Positions 18,117-28,300 of a stretch of DNA of 64,000 bases are shown piece after piece. A program made the translations under genes and the position numbers. How positions within the stretch are numbered: position 1 is the stretch's first letter; each line of letters opens with the position of its first letter. The notes beneath the pieces were generated by a model, which was not told where the DNA came from, did not search any database, and worked only from the letters and a program-made list of their open reading frames with translations. The stretch is from an uncultured bacterium. GTDB lineage: Bacteria > Verrucomicrobiota > Verrucomicrobiia > Verrucomicrobiales > DEV007. The DNA lies in assembly GCA_963977015.1 (NCBI GenBank), contig CAXBMO010000001.1, positions 384,001 to 448,000 on the forward strand, given 5' to 3'.

Positions 18117-20915
18117 TCACGATTCAGACAGGAGCTTGGCCGCATCCAGAACCGTCTTTTTGGACTTGGTCGCCGTCAGGTCGATCGCGACATAACCGGA
18201 AAAGCTCAGCCCGTTGTGGCGCTCCTCGAAGTTGAGTTTCTCCAGCAACTCAAGCCAACGGTCGAACTCGGAAAGTTGGTGGAGCGTGCCGGGAACCAAG
18301 GGCGAAAGCCGGCCTTTTCCACAATCCGAAATTCTGGCGTGCGCAATTCGCGAACGAATCAGGCTTCCGGATTCGCTCTTGATCTTTTCCGGCCGAATTC
18401 CGGCGAGAAAGGCCCAGTGCGCGACATCGAGATTGAAGCCGACCCGATTGGAGAGCGTCTTGGCGAATTGAGGGGCTTCGAGTTGCTTTGCAAACCAGGC
18501 CAAGGCGTTCCAGTCGTTGAGCAACTGGAGGGGGCCGGTTTCGAGATCGATGGCGAGCCGCACCGGCGAAGTCGTGCCGATGTCTTCAAACAACTGGCTG
18601 ATTCGATTGAGGAGCGTGGTTCCCAACGTGGTGCGATTCATGACGTTCGCGACAAAGACCTGACCGCCGGCTCCGGGCTTCTCGGAACGTCCCGGCCAGA
18701 CACCCTGAATCCGGCTGCCCGCCGAAATCTGGATGGTCTCGGGATCGAGCTCGCCGCCGCGCAGCACGTCGCTCAGACGAATCAGGAAGCGCAGCGCCGC
18801 CAACGGTTTGGCGGCGTGATCGGGATCGTGGTTCGCGAGTTCCGGCAGGTAAGTCGCCAGCGATGAAACCTGAACGCCGGCAGACTGACAACGTTCCAGA
18901 ATGCATTCGCCCATTTCGGCGATCGCTTTTGGCCGGTCCGCATTTGCCGCCATCCAATCCAGGGGAATCCGTCCCCTGCGATCCTTGGCCAGATTTCGGA
19001 TGTCGTTCTGTGAAAAGGCGAAGAGTTCGATTTTCTCGGTATTTCCTTCCCATGCCTCGAGAGCCTGATCCAAGCCCAGCAAGGAACACGACGTAAGGCC
19101 GGTGTATCGAAACGTCGGTGCGTCAGGACGATCGACCTTGGGCTGCTGAACGACTCTGGTTTGAGCCGGAAGAACGGCGGGTTGGGGCGCGAGAACGTCC
19201 TCCCAACTTCCATCCGTTTCGCGCCAAACTCCGATCCTCAGAAAACCGCGTTGCGCGTCAGCCGTCTTCTCGGCGTCGTCATCCGGGAGCGTCTGCTCAG
19301 CGTCAAAAACCCAGATTGAGCGAGGTTCGTTCACGAACTGAATCCAGGCCCAATGATTTTCATCCCAGCCAAAACGAGTCATCAGTTCTGCGCGAATCCA
19401 GGCGATGTCCGGCAAATCAGCCTCGCCTTGAAGAAAGGATGCGCAAAGCGGAACCAGGTCCTTCAACTGGGCGAGACGAAAGTCGCGATAGCGCGCCGCT
19501 GGGGCAACATAGGGAATGGTTTTGCGCTCCATCGTGACGGCTCCGCTCTGCAAAAACGGAACGATCGCGAAGAGGCCGTCGCGCCAATGCTCGACCGTTT
19601 CAAAGTCGGCGTCTTCCGCATCGACTTCGCTTTCCGGCAACCACCAGAGCAACGGCAGTTTCACGGCCTCCGGCGTAACCGGCAAGCTGTACAAACTCCG
19701 CAACTCCCGGAAATCCGGTTTCCGTAATTGAGATTCCTCATCCCACTTACTGAGATAATAACCGGACTCGGCCAACTGTTGGGTCGTTGCGCGAAGAAAG
19801 GGGAGGGACGCGGGGTCGTTGATGAGGAAGGTGGTTGCTCCGGGATCTTCGCGGCAGCCAACCATCAACACGGCATGATCACGGCGATGCTGAAACGTGC
19901 GCCGATGAATCTTCTCGAAATCGGAATGATGATAGCCGTTCGCCTCAAAAACGGGATCGGCAACTGGAAGTGCCATTCCGCCCCGCAACTGTTTCTCGGG
20001 CTTGGCCGGGGCGCCTAACCGACCCACGTCGACCGTCAGCACCATTGGCATTCCCGACCGGAGATAAGCCTGCGCGGCCGCAGTGAACGCGTCGTTGCGA
20101 CTGGTCCAATTGGCCGGGGGATTTGCGTAGCCCATGGTTTTGGGAACTTGCTTGATCGCCCGGAGACCAACCTCCCGGAAGTAGCGGGTCATCCCGCCGT
20201 AGTCCAGGCCGGAAAGCTGCATTTCGTAAACGTCATTCCCCGCCGCCTCACTTTCCCGAATCTTCTCATTCTGAGCCAACGCAGTCACTTCCAGAAGTCC
20301 GTGCAAACCGCTCGCGAACTCGTGCAGCAGAGCCGTCGCCATGAAGCAAACCGCTTGGGCGCAGAGTCCGCCTCCGGCCAGGGGGATGTGCTTGACGTAG
20401 GGCGTTCCTCTGAGTTGTCCGGGTTCCGCCGTTTCCCCATACTCGCGCCCGAGATCCGCCTGAAGAATCCTCCAGTTCCCACGCTCTTTTTCCAACCGGC
20501 GAGGCGGTTGCAAAAGCCCATCCGCAATTCGGGACGCTTCCTTCAGCAATTCGCGAGGACGGTCTTTGGGCGTGGGGAGCGCTTTGATCGGATCTTTTCC
20601 CGTCGTCTTGAGCCAACGGAGCCGCCTTCCCCAATGCGGATTTGCGGCGCGCATCCGTTCGATGCGTCTCAGGTTGACGAAGCTGATCCCGGCTTCGTCC
20701 TCCAAATAGAGTCGAAGCGCAAAACGAGGCTCGGAAAGCCCAAAAACCTGGGCTTCGTTGCGGGTGATGATCGACGAAGCATAGCGGCAGGCGAGATCGA
20801 TATCGCGGGTTTCGTCGTCATCGGTCGTCAGCAACCAATCCGCTAATTCGGTGATCTCCCGATAGCCATAGTCGCCGACCTGGCTAAAAAACTCGGCTTC
20901 GCTAACTTCGTTCAT
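18117..20915 (-). CDS. papain/C39-like cysteine peptidase domain fused to a C-terminal xylose-isomerase-like TIM barrel
   Basis: 932 aa. GGLCAQA, YLRSGMPMVL, DHAVLMVG and FLINDP give a Cys-His-Asp order. The C-terminal part has LATYLP, RLAIDLETGP, GFNLDVAHW, IAHARISD, GYVAIDL. Confidence 0.6.
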   Translation of the reverse strand: MNEVSEAEFFSQVGDYGYREITELADWLLTTDDDETRDIDLACRYASSIITRNEAQVFGLSEPRFALRLYLEDEAGISFVNLRRIERMRAANPHWGRRLRWLKTTGKDPIKALPTPKDRPRELLKEASRIADGLLQPPRRLEKERGNWRILQADLGREYGETAEPGQLRGTPYVKHIPLAGGGLCAQAVCFMATALLHEFASGLHGLLEVTALAQNEKIRESEAAGNDVYEMQLSGLDYGGMTRYFREVGLRAIKQVPKTMGYANPPANWTSRNDAFTAAAQAYLRSGMPMVLTVDVGRLGAPAKPEKQLRGGMALPVADPVFEANGYHHSDFEKIHRRTFQHRRDHAVLMVGCREDPGATTFLINDPASLPFLRATTQQLAESGYYLSKWDEESQLRKPDFRELRSLYSLPVTPEAVKLPLLWWLPESEVDAEDADFETVEHWRDGLFAIVPFLQSGAVTMERKTIPYVAPAARYRDFRLAQLKDLVPLCASFLQGEADLPDIAWIRAELMTRFGWDENHWAWIQFVNEPRSIWVFDAEQTLPDDDAEKTADAQRGFLRIGVWRETDGSWEDVLAPQPAVLPAQTRVVQQPKVDRPDAPTFRYTGLTSCSLLGLDQALEAWEGNTEKIELFAFSQNDIRNLAKDRRGRIPLDWMAANADRPKAIAEMGECILERCQSAGVQVSSLATYLPELANHDPDHAAKPLAALRFLIRLSDVLRGGELDPETIQISAGSRIQGVWPGRSEKPGAGGQVFVANVMNRTTLGTTLLNRISQLFEDIGTTSPVRLAIDLETGPLQLLNDWNALAWFAKQLEAPQFAKTLSNRVGFNLDVAHWAFLAGIRPEKIKSESGSLIRSRIAHARISDCGKGRLSPLVPGTLHQLSEFDRWLELLEKLNFEERHNGLSFSGYVAIDLTATKSKKTVLDAAKLLSES

Positions 20916-20924
20916 CGTCGGAGC

Positions 20925-21140
20925 CTAGTCAGAGCAAAAGCCGTAGGGCAGGGTATCCGATGCGGGACGAAACTCGAAGTCGTGGGGATGAACCAGGATC
21001 AATGCCTGGCGCAAGACCGCGCTCAAATCAGGGAACTGGCTCGCGGGAAGGCGCTCGAGGAGGGACTCCACCGTTTGGCAAACCCTTGACCCATGTTCGA
21101 TTTGGACCCAATGGAGGAATTTTTGACGGTCGACAGTCAT
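20925..21140 (-). CDS. small hypothetical protein (71 aa)
   Basis: ATG-started ORF that fills the gap between the 90-aa gene and the 932-aa gene and ends 9 nt before the latter's start. No family recognised. Confidence 0.45.
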   Translation of the reverse strand: MTVDRQKFLHWVQIEHGSRVCQTVESLLERLPASQFPDLSAVLRQALILVHPHDFEFRPASDTLPYGFCSD

Positions 21141-21190
21141 GCCTCAGCTTATCGACCCGCCAAGGTTGAACCAAGAAGAAACAGGGGCAT

Positions 21191-21463
21191 TCAGCCCTTC
21201 TTTTTCGGAGCGGTGCGGTGAGGACCGAAGTATTTTTCGCTGCGATAGCGCAGCCAAACCCGAAGTTCTTGAGGGACTTTTTCGCGCTGGGTTTTGTCGA
21301 GGCGCTCATACAGCTCGATCGCTTTTTCGCGCTCTGCCCGACAGGCCCGGTTGTTGTGATCCTTCCAGCGACTGCGCGCCAACCGGATTCGTCGACACGC
21401 TTCTTTCAGCAGCGCTGCGCCCTCCAATTGGTCCGGATCGACTTTGTTCTTCTTCGCGGGCAT
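21191..21463 (-). CDS. small basic helical hypothetical protein
   Basis: 90 aa, starts 3 nt after the cvfB stop, contains LRVWLRYRSEKYFG. Confidence 0.7.
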   Translation of the reverse strand: MPAKKNKVDPDQLEGAALLKEACRRIRLARSRWKDHNNRACRAEREKAIELYERLDKTQREKVPQELRVWLRYRSEKYFGPHRTAPKKKG

Positions 21464-21466
21464 GGG

Positions 21467-22321
21467 TCAGTCCTTTTTACCGAGCCACTGAATTCCGCCT
21501 TCGGAGAGCTTCACTCGGCCATCGCGGTAGAGCGCACCAATCGCTTGTTTGAAGACCTTTTTGCTCATCCCCAACTGGTCCCGAATCGCTTCTGGCGGGC
21601 TCTTGTCGTGCAAGGCCAGAAATCCGCCGTCGATCCTGGCCAGCTGCTCCGCCAATTGCTCGGTGGCGTCGGTAACTCTCGCATAGCCGGGCGGATGCAG
21701 GGTCACATCAATCAAACCATCCTCCCGAATCCGGGCGACAAAACCGTTGCAGCGTTCTCCGCGTCGCGGGATCCCCTTGCTTTCCGTGGTATGGATCATT
21801 CCCCAGAAACTGTCGTTCACAATCGTCTTGAAACCGATGTCCGTTCGTTCGGCCAAAATCAGCGAAACCCGGTTTCCCGGTTGCAGATAATCGGGCGCGG
21901 TTTTTCCAATAAACTTGCCCAGCTTCGCGGAGGCGACGAGCCGGTTCGTGACTTCATCGACGTAAATGTAGACCAATTCTTTGTCCCCAACCTTGAGGCG
22001 GCGGGCTTGCTCGCCAAACGGAAGCAGGAGATCCTTGGGCATCCCCCAATCCAGAAACGCGCCGACTCTCGAAGCCGCCACGACTTCCAAGAGCGCAAAC
22101 TCATCGGCCATCGCAAAGGGCTTCTCCGTGGTCGCGACGAGACGATCCTCCGAATCGTTGGAGATGAACACTTCGATCTCCTCGCCCGGCTCAAACTCCG
22201 CCGGAACATAGCGATTCGGCAGCAGAATCTCGCCTAACTCGCCCCCGTCCAGAAGGATGCCGGACGAATGCGTCTTGACCGCTTGGAGTGTGTTGAGGCT
22301 TCCGATGATGACGTCTGACAT
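21467..22321 (-). CDS. CvfB/YitL family S1-domain RNA-binding protein
   Basis: ILLPNRYVP, DSEDRLVATT, GAFLDWGMPKDLLLPF, DKSPPEAI, MSKKVFKQAIGALY. Confidence 0.92.
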   Translation of the reverse strand: MSDVIIGSLNTLQAVKTHSSGILLDGGELGEILLPNRYVPAEFEPGEEIEVFISNDSEDRLVATTEKPFAMADEFALLEVVAASRVGAFLDWGMPKDLLLPFGEQARRLKVGDKELVYIYVDEVTNRLVASAKLGKFIGKTAPDYLQPGNRVSLILAERTDIGFKTIVNDSFWGMIHTTESKGIPRRGERCNGFVARIREDGLIDVTLHPPGYARVTDATEQLAEQLARIDGGFLALHDKSPPEAIRDQLGMSKKVFKQAIGALYRDGRVKLSEGGIQWLGKKD

Positions 22322-22367
22322 GTTCCCGACCATACATCCAAAATCGGCCAAAGTCGCGGGCTGATCC

Positions 22368-24293
22368 TCACACCATCGATTCGACCTGGGTCAGCACGGC
22401 GAGGAACGGCAAATGCTGAAGCGCACCGAAGTGATCGTGTCGGCTCAGCCGCTCCCGCCGGCCTGCCGGGCTCGTGATTCCGCAGAAAAACCGGGCGAGT
22501 TGGCGGGGATGACGCAACGCGGCTTTCTTCTCGGCGATCACTTCGCGAATCAGCTCAACATGCTCCAGGGTCACTTCGTCGGTGATCGAACAGGGCAGTT
22601 CCTGTCGTTCGTCGCTGAGTCCGGCGTTGCAGCTCCCGCAATTGCCGCAAGGCTCCGGCATTTCTTCTCCAAAGTAGGTGACGAGTTGTTGCGTTAGACA
22701 GTGGCGCGTTTGACAGAGTTCGAGAACCAGATCGAGTCGTGAAATTTCACCGGCTTCACGCTGCGCAAAGAGCTCAACGAGATTCGCCGTGATTTGCGTG
22801 ACGTTCTCCGGATGATCCGGGGTGAGGCGATAGCCGTTCCGCAAGCCACTTGGCTGGAGCACAATCTCACCCAATTCCGCCAGATAATTCAGCGCCTGGC
22901 GAATCCGGTCGGGCGATTCTCCAATGCTGGCCGACGCGGAATCCACCTCAATCGTCTTCCACTTGCGTTGGCCGGTTGCCACCTCAAACAGCTTGCGCAG
23001 AAACGCCTGCCGCTTCGCATTGTGACCGGCAAGAATGCGCTCCATCGATTCCACGAAATGGAATCGGTAGTTGGCATAGAACGGCCCGGTTGACGTGATC
23101 ACCCCGGCGAGTTCCAGATTGGTCAGGGCGGTGGCGATGACGAGCGGACGAATGTCATTGGTGACGGAGAGATCATAACGACTGATGCTGAATTCGTCAC
23201 CTTGAAGCAGGACGTGTTCGACCAAATGACGCAGCGCTTGCGGCGTTGGGGTATCGCCGTAAACGAAATTTTCCAACACGATGCGATCATCGGCGCAGGC
23301 CAGGATCTCACAGGTCGAATCCTTCCCGTCGCGACCCGCGCGACCCGTTTCCTGAACGTAATTTTCCAGCGATTTGGGCAGGTTGTAGTGATAGACGTAG
23401 CGGATGTCGGATTTGTCGATCCCCATCCCAAACGCGATCGTCGCAACGACAATCTCGACCTCGCCAGACATGAACGCGTCCTGAACTTCTTCGCGATAAT
23501 CATCGGGAAGACCCGCGTGATAGGCCTTCGCATTCAAGTCAGCCCGCGCAAGAAAACCGGCGACCCGTTCCGCCGTTTCCTGAAGCGTCACGTAGACGAT
23601 CGTCGCTCCGGACGGGCGATCCCGCAGTCGGCTCACGAGCAGATCGTCGCGTTCCTCCGCCGGGCAGGGAGTTACCTGGAATTGGAGGTTCGGGCGGCGA
23701 AAGCCGGTTTGAATGTGGTCTTCCTCCGCAATGCCGAAACTGCGCCGAATGTCTTCGCTCACTTTCGGCGTCGCCGTCGCGGTCAGGGCCAGGACTCGTT
23801 CCACACCCAGCTCTTTCGTTAGAATCCCGAGCTTGAGATAATCGGGGCGGAAGTTGTGGCCCCATTCGGAAATGCAGTGGGCTTCATCCACCGCGATCAG
23901 CGAAATCCGCGTTTCGCGCAACTTCTGGAGAAACCCCTCATTCGCGAGGCGTTCCGGCGCGACGTAAAGAAGCTTTAGCTCCCCGCTCGCCATCTTCTGA
24001 TAGATCTCCGCGACCTCACTCTGCTCCAAACTCGAATCGAGCCGCGCCGCCGAAACCTCGCAACGCAACAACGCTTCCACCTGATCCCGCATCAAAGCGA
24101 TCAGTGGCGAAACCACCAGCGTAAGCCCGTCCAGGTGAATCGCCGGAAGCTGATAACAGAGACTCTTGCCGCCACCGGTCGGGAACACCGCCAGGGCGGG
24201 ACGACCAGCAATCAGAATGTCAACGATCTCGCGTTGGCCGGGCCGAAATTCGTTGTGCCCGAAAACGCGCTTGAGCGACTCTTCAATTGTCAC
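22368..24293 (-). CDS. recQ: RecQ family ATP-dependent DNA helicase (no HRDC domain seen)
   Basis: PTGGGKSLCYQLPA, VDEAHCISEWGHNFRPDY, ATIAFGMGIDK, QETGRAGRDG, Zn-binding C...CGNCGSC. Confidence 0.92.
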   Translation of the reverse strand: MTIEESLKRVFGHNEFRPGQREIVDILIAGRPALAVFPTGGGKSLCYQLPAIHLDGLTLVVSPLIALMRDQVEALLRCEVSAARLDSSLEQSEVAEIYQKMASGELKLLYVAPERLANEGFLQKLRETRISLIAVDEAHCISEWGHNFRPDYLKLGILTKELGVERVLALTATATPKVSEDIRRSFGIAEEDHIQTGFRRPNLQFQVTPCPAEERDDLLVSRLRDRPSGATIVYVTLQETAERVAGFLARADLNAKAYHAGLPDDYREEVQDAFMSGEVEIVVATIAFGMGIDKSDIRYVYHYNLPKSLENYVQETGRAGRDGKDSTCEILACADDRIVLENFVYGDTPTPQALRHLVEHVLLQGDEFSISRYDLSVTNDIRPLVIATALTNLELAGVITSTGPFYANYRFHFVESMERILAGHNAKRQAFLRKLFEVATGQRKWKTIEVDSASASIGESPDRIRQALNYLAELGEIVLQPSGLRNGYRLTPDHPENVTQITANLVELFAQREAGEISRLDLVLELCQTRHCLTQQLVTYFGEEMPEPCGNCGSCNAGLSDERQELPCSITDEVTLEHVELIREVIAEKKAALRHPRQLARFFCGITSPAGRRERLSRHDHFGALQHLPFLAVLTQVESMV

Positions 24294-25165
24294 TTCTTCT
24301 CTGCCGCGACCATCTCCAAATACGCCCGATAGTCCGGGCTGCGGGTATCGGCGATGACCTTCTCGAATTGCGGTGCGTCGATGAAGCCCTGGTTGAAGGC
24401 GATTTCCTCGATGCAGGCGACTTTGTAGTTTTGCTGGCGCTCGATGGTCGAAATGTAGTTGCTGGCTTCGAGCATGCTTTGCGGCGTGCCGGTGTCGAGC
24501 CAGGCGATGCCGCGGCCGAGCAATTCGACGTTCAACTCGTCGCGTTTCAGGTATTCCACGTTCAAGTCCGTGATCTCCAATTCGCCGCGGGCGGATGGCT
24601 TCAGGCTTTTGGCGGTGTCGACGATTTGCTCATCGTAGACATACAATCCCGGCACCGCGTAGTTGCTCTTCGGTTTCTCGGGCTTCTCCTCGATGCTGAG
24701 CACTTTTCCGTTCTTGTCGAAGTCGACGACTCCAAAACGTTCCGGGTCGCGGACGTGATATCCGAAGACACAGGCTCCTTTCTCGCGAGCGAGCGCGCGT
24801 CGGAAGAAGTCGAGTTTGCCGTAAAAAATGTTGTCTCCCAAAATGAGAACCGCGCCTGAACCGTCGATGAAATCTTCGCCGACCAAAAATGCCTGCGCGA
24901 TGCCCTTGGGCTCGGGTTGAATCTTGTATTCAATGTTCAGTCCCAAACTGGCGCCATCACCCAGCAAATCCTCGAACTGCGGGGTGTCCTTGGGCGTGGA
25001 GATAATGAGAATGTCCTTCAGTCCACCGAGCATCAGCGTTGCCAGCGGATAGTAGATCATCGGCTTGTCGTAGATGGGAAGCAGTTGCTTGCAGGCCACC
25101 TGCGTCAGCGGATAAAGCCGTGTTCCCGCGCCGCCGGCGAGGATGATGCCTTTGCGATTTTTCAT
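24290..25165 (-). CDS. rfbA: glucose-1-phosphate thymidylyltransferase
   Basis: KGIILAGGAGTRLYP, KQLLPIYDKPMIYYPL, LKPSARGELEITD, WLDTGT. Confidence 0.97.
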   Translation of the reverse strand: MKNRKGIILAGGAGTRLYPLTQVACKQLLPIYDKPMIYYPLATLMLGGLKDILIISTPKDTPQFEDLLGDGASLGLNIEYKIQPEPKGIAQAFLVGEDFIDGSGAVLILGDNIFYGKLDFFRRALAREKGACVFGYHVRDPERFGVVDFDKNGKVLSIEEKPEKPKSNYAVPGLYVYDEQIVDTAKSLKPSARGELEITDLNVEYLKRDELNVELLGRGIAWLDTGTPQSMLEASNYISTIERQQNYKVACIEEIAFNQGFIDAPQFEKVIADTRSPDYRAYLEMVAAEKK

Positions 25166-25300
25166 CTGGCCTAGTTAACGTGATTCGGGTTCAGGTCGAG
25201 CAAAAAGGTTGCAATTGGGGCATCGGTAGGCTGAAAAACGTTCCGGAGAAATCGGATTCGAGTCTTGAGCCGATAGTCTCCGTCCGCTTAACTAAACCCT

Positions 25301-28300
25301 ATGAGGGGTTCTGAGACGAAGTTGGCGCGGCAGTTATCCCGGCGTATTGTTTTGTGTTCGTCGTTCGGGTTTTTGTGCATCGGGCTGATCGTCTCTCTGG
25401 TTGGAATTCGTCCGTTTTACGAGCAGCTCAAAATCGAGAAGAAGAACCAGCTGATCTTCGCGGCGAGCAATCGCCGACAAACCGTGGATCAGGTGTTGGC
25501 GCGAAAGAAAAGTATCGCGGCCCAGATCACGAGCCGGACGAAAGCGCGGCAAATGCTCGAACGATTCAACGCCGGAGAGGTGCCTCTGGAGGAAGCCGGC
25601 GCCTTTGTTCAGCCGATTCTGACGGATGCCTTGAGCCGGTCTCTCGACGTCATCGGCATTTTGCGTCTCGATGATCAGGGAAAGCAATTCGTGGGGGTGG
25701 GGGAGACGATTCCGCCGGATTTGTGGGTGATTCCCGCCCCGGATGCCAGGGAACCGGTTCTCCGTGGGGTGATTTTTTCGGGCGACGAGCCGCGGTTGGT
25801 CGTTGGGGCGCCGATTACCGATCGGGAGGCGAAGCGTGTCGGCACGGATGTCGTGCTCTTCACCGCAGGCGAATTGCGGCGCATCGTGCAGGATTACTCC
25901 GGCCTGGGCGAAACCGGCGAAATGATTTTGGGCGCGGCACGGGAATCGGGGCCGGAGGCGTTCTTTCCGTTTCGAGATGGGAAATCCGATTCCTCGCCGG
26001 TTCGCGAAGCCATCGCGCTGGCCGGAAACGGCGCGACGGGTGTTCTGTCGCGAGACAACGCCGAAGGCCACGAAGATCTGGTCGCTTACGAACCGTTGAC
26101 CCATGCGCCGTGGTCTGTCCTGGTGAAAATGGATCAGCAGGAACTGTTTGCCTACGTGCGAGGCCAGATGCTTCAGGTGGGATTGATTCTGGCTTCGCTC
26201 ATCGCCGGAGGCACGGCCGGGATGTTGATTCTGCTCCGGCCGCTCGCGGGCAAGGTGATTCTCCACACTGACGAAATGGAGAAAGAGGTTCGCCAGAAAA
26301 CGGCCTCCTACGAAGAGGCGAAACTGGCGGCAGAACAGGCGAACCGCGCCAAGAGCGAGTTTCTCGCCAACATGAGTCACGAGATCCGGACGCCGATGAA
26401 TGGGGTGCTCGGGATGACCGAATTGTTGCTCGATACCGACCAAACGCCCGAGCAGCGCCAGTATCAGTTGCTCGCCAAACAATCGGCCGAAACCCTGCTC
26501 GATTTGCTCAACGACATCCTGGATTTTTCCAAGATTGAGGCCGGCAAATTGGAGTTGGAAGAGGCGCCGTTCGATCTCGGCGAATCGCTTGGCGACACCC
26601 TTCAGACGCTTTCGCTTCGTGCCGGGCAAAAGGGCGTCGAGTTGGCTTACCACATTCCGCAGGAGGTGCCCCGCTGGCTGTTGGGCGATGTCGCGCGATT
26701 GCGGCAGGTTATCGTGAATCTCGTCGGCAATGCGATCAAGTTTACCGAAAGAGGCGAGATCGTGGTTCGCGTGAAACTGGCGGCGAAGACGGAAGATGCG
26801 GTGGAGCTTCACTTTTCCGTGCGTGACACCGGATTGGGGATTCCGATAGAGAAGCAGGATCACATTTTTGAGTCCTTCGAGCAGGCGGACGCTTCCACAA
26901 CCCGGAAATTTGGCGGAACGGGGCTGGGATTGGCCATTTCGCGCCGGATTGCGGAAAAAATGGGCGGGAAAATCTGGGTGGAAAGCGAGGAAGGCAAGGG
27001 CAGCGATTTTCAGTTCACCGGCCATTTCAGGATCAGTCAGGAAGCACCACCGGAGGCGGCGGAGAGTCTGGATTTGCGAGAAATCACCAAATCACTTCTG
27101 GATTTGCCGGTGCTCATTGTTGACGACAACGACACCAACCGGCTGATCCTCGAGGAAATTCTTCGGAACTGGGAATTGAAGCCGGTTTCGACTTCCAGCG
27201 GGAGGGAGGGCCTGGATTCCTTCGCAAAAGTTTCCGGCAGCGACGATGCGATTCAGCTCGTTTTGCTCGATTTCATGATGCCGGAAATGGACGGGCTCGA
27301 GTTTGCACGCAATCTGCGGGAGCTGCCGGAGGGCGATGAAGTGACCATCATCATGCTGACTTCCGCGGCCAAACCGCCCGGTCGGGAAATCCTGGATGAG
27401 CTGCGCATTTCACGAGCTCTCACCAAACCTGCCAAGCAATCCGACTTGCTCGACGCCATCATGGAAGCACTGGGGCCGGCAACCCGGGGACCGGATACCG
27501 TTGAAATTGCGAAATCCACCGTCGTCAGCGATGAAGCCTCGCTTCACTTTCTGGTGGCCGAAGATGGCCGGGTCAACCAAGCCGTGGCAACCCAACTGCT
27601 CAAGAAACACGGTCACACCGCAACAGTCGTGGAGAATGGCCGCGAAGCGATCGAGGCGCTCAACGTTGCACAGTTTGACGCCATCCTCATGGACGTGCAA
27701 ATGCCGGTGATGAACGGCTATGAAGCCACCGCCGTGATTCGCCAGCAGGAAAAGGACGATCCTGGCGGACGGCACATTCCCATCATCGCAATGACCGCGA
27801 ATGCGATGAAAGGCGATCGCGAAAAATGCCTCGAAGCGGGGATGGATGATTACGTCGCCAAACCCGTCCGGCCGGCGGAACTTTACGAAGCCATCGGCAG
27901 GCTGAAAACGGTTCGGAAAGTCAAGAAACCGGCGGTTCGGGAACCTGCGGAGAAAAATCTCGACCATCTCGAGGTTTTTGATGCCAAAACCTTTCGCGAA
28001 ACGATGGGGGGAGAGGATTTGATGCGAACCCTGATTGTGGAGTTCAGGCAGGAATCGCAGATGATCATGGAGCGATTGGAAACCGCGCTGGTTGGAGCTG
28101 ATGGCGACAAACTTCACGAGGCGACACACGCGCTGAAGGGCTTGGTGGGGACGTTTTGTGCGGATCGCGCTTTCGAAGTCGGATCCCGGCTCAACGCCGC
28201 GGCTCGCGGAGGCGATATGGAGGCCGCCCGAGATCTTTTCCCGCGAATGGAGCGCGAAATGGGGGATCTGGGCAAGGCGTTGACCGAGTTCAGGGGGGAA

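Noticed and set aside
18117-19100. Calling the C-terminal TIM barrel a DUF692/MNIO enzyme
   Set aside because: Most metal-binding His/Glu positions are substituted, so an active multinuclear iron site is not supported.
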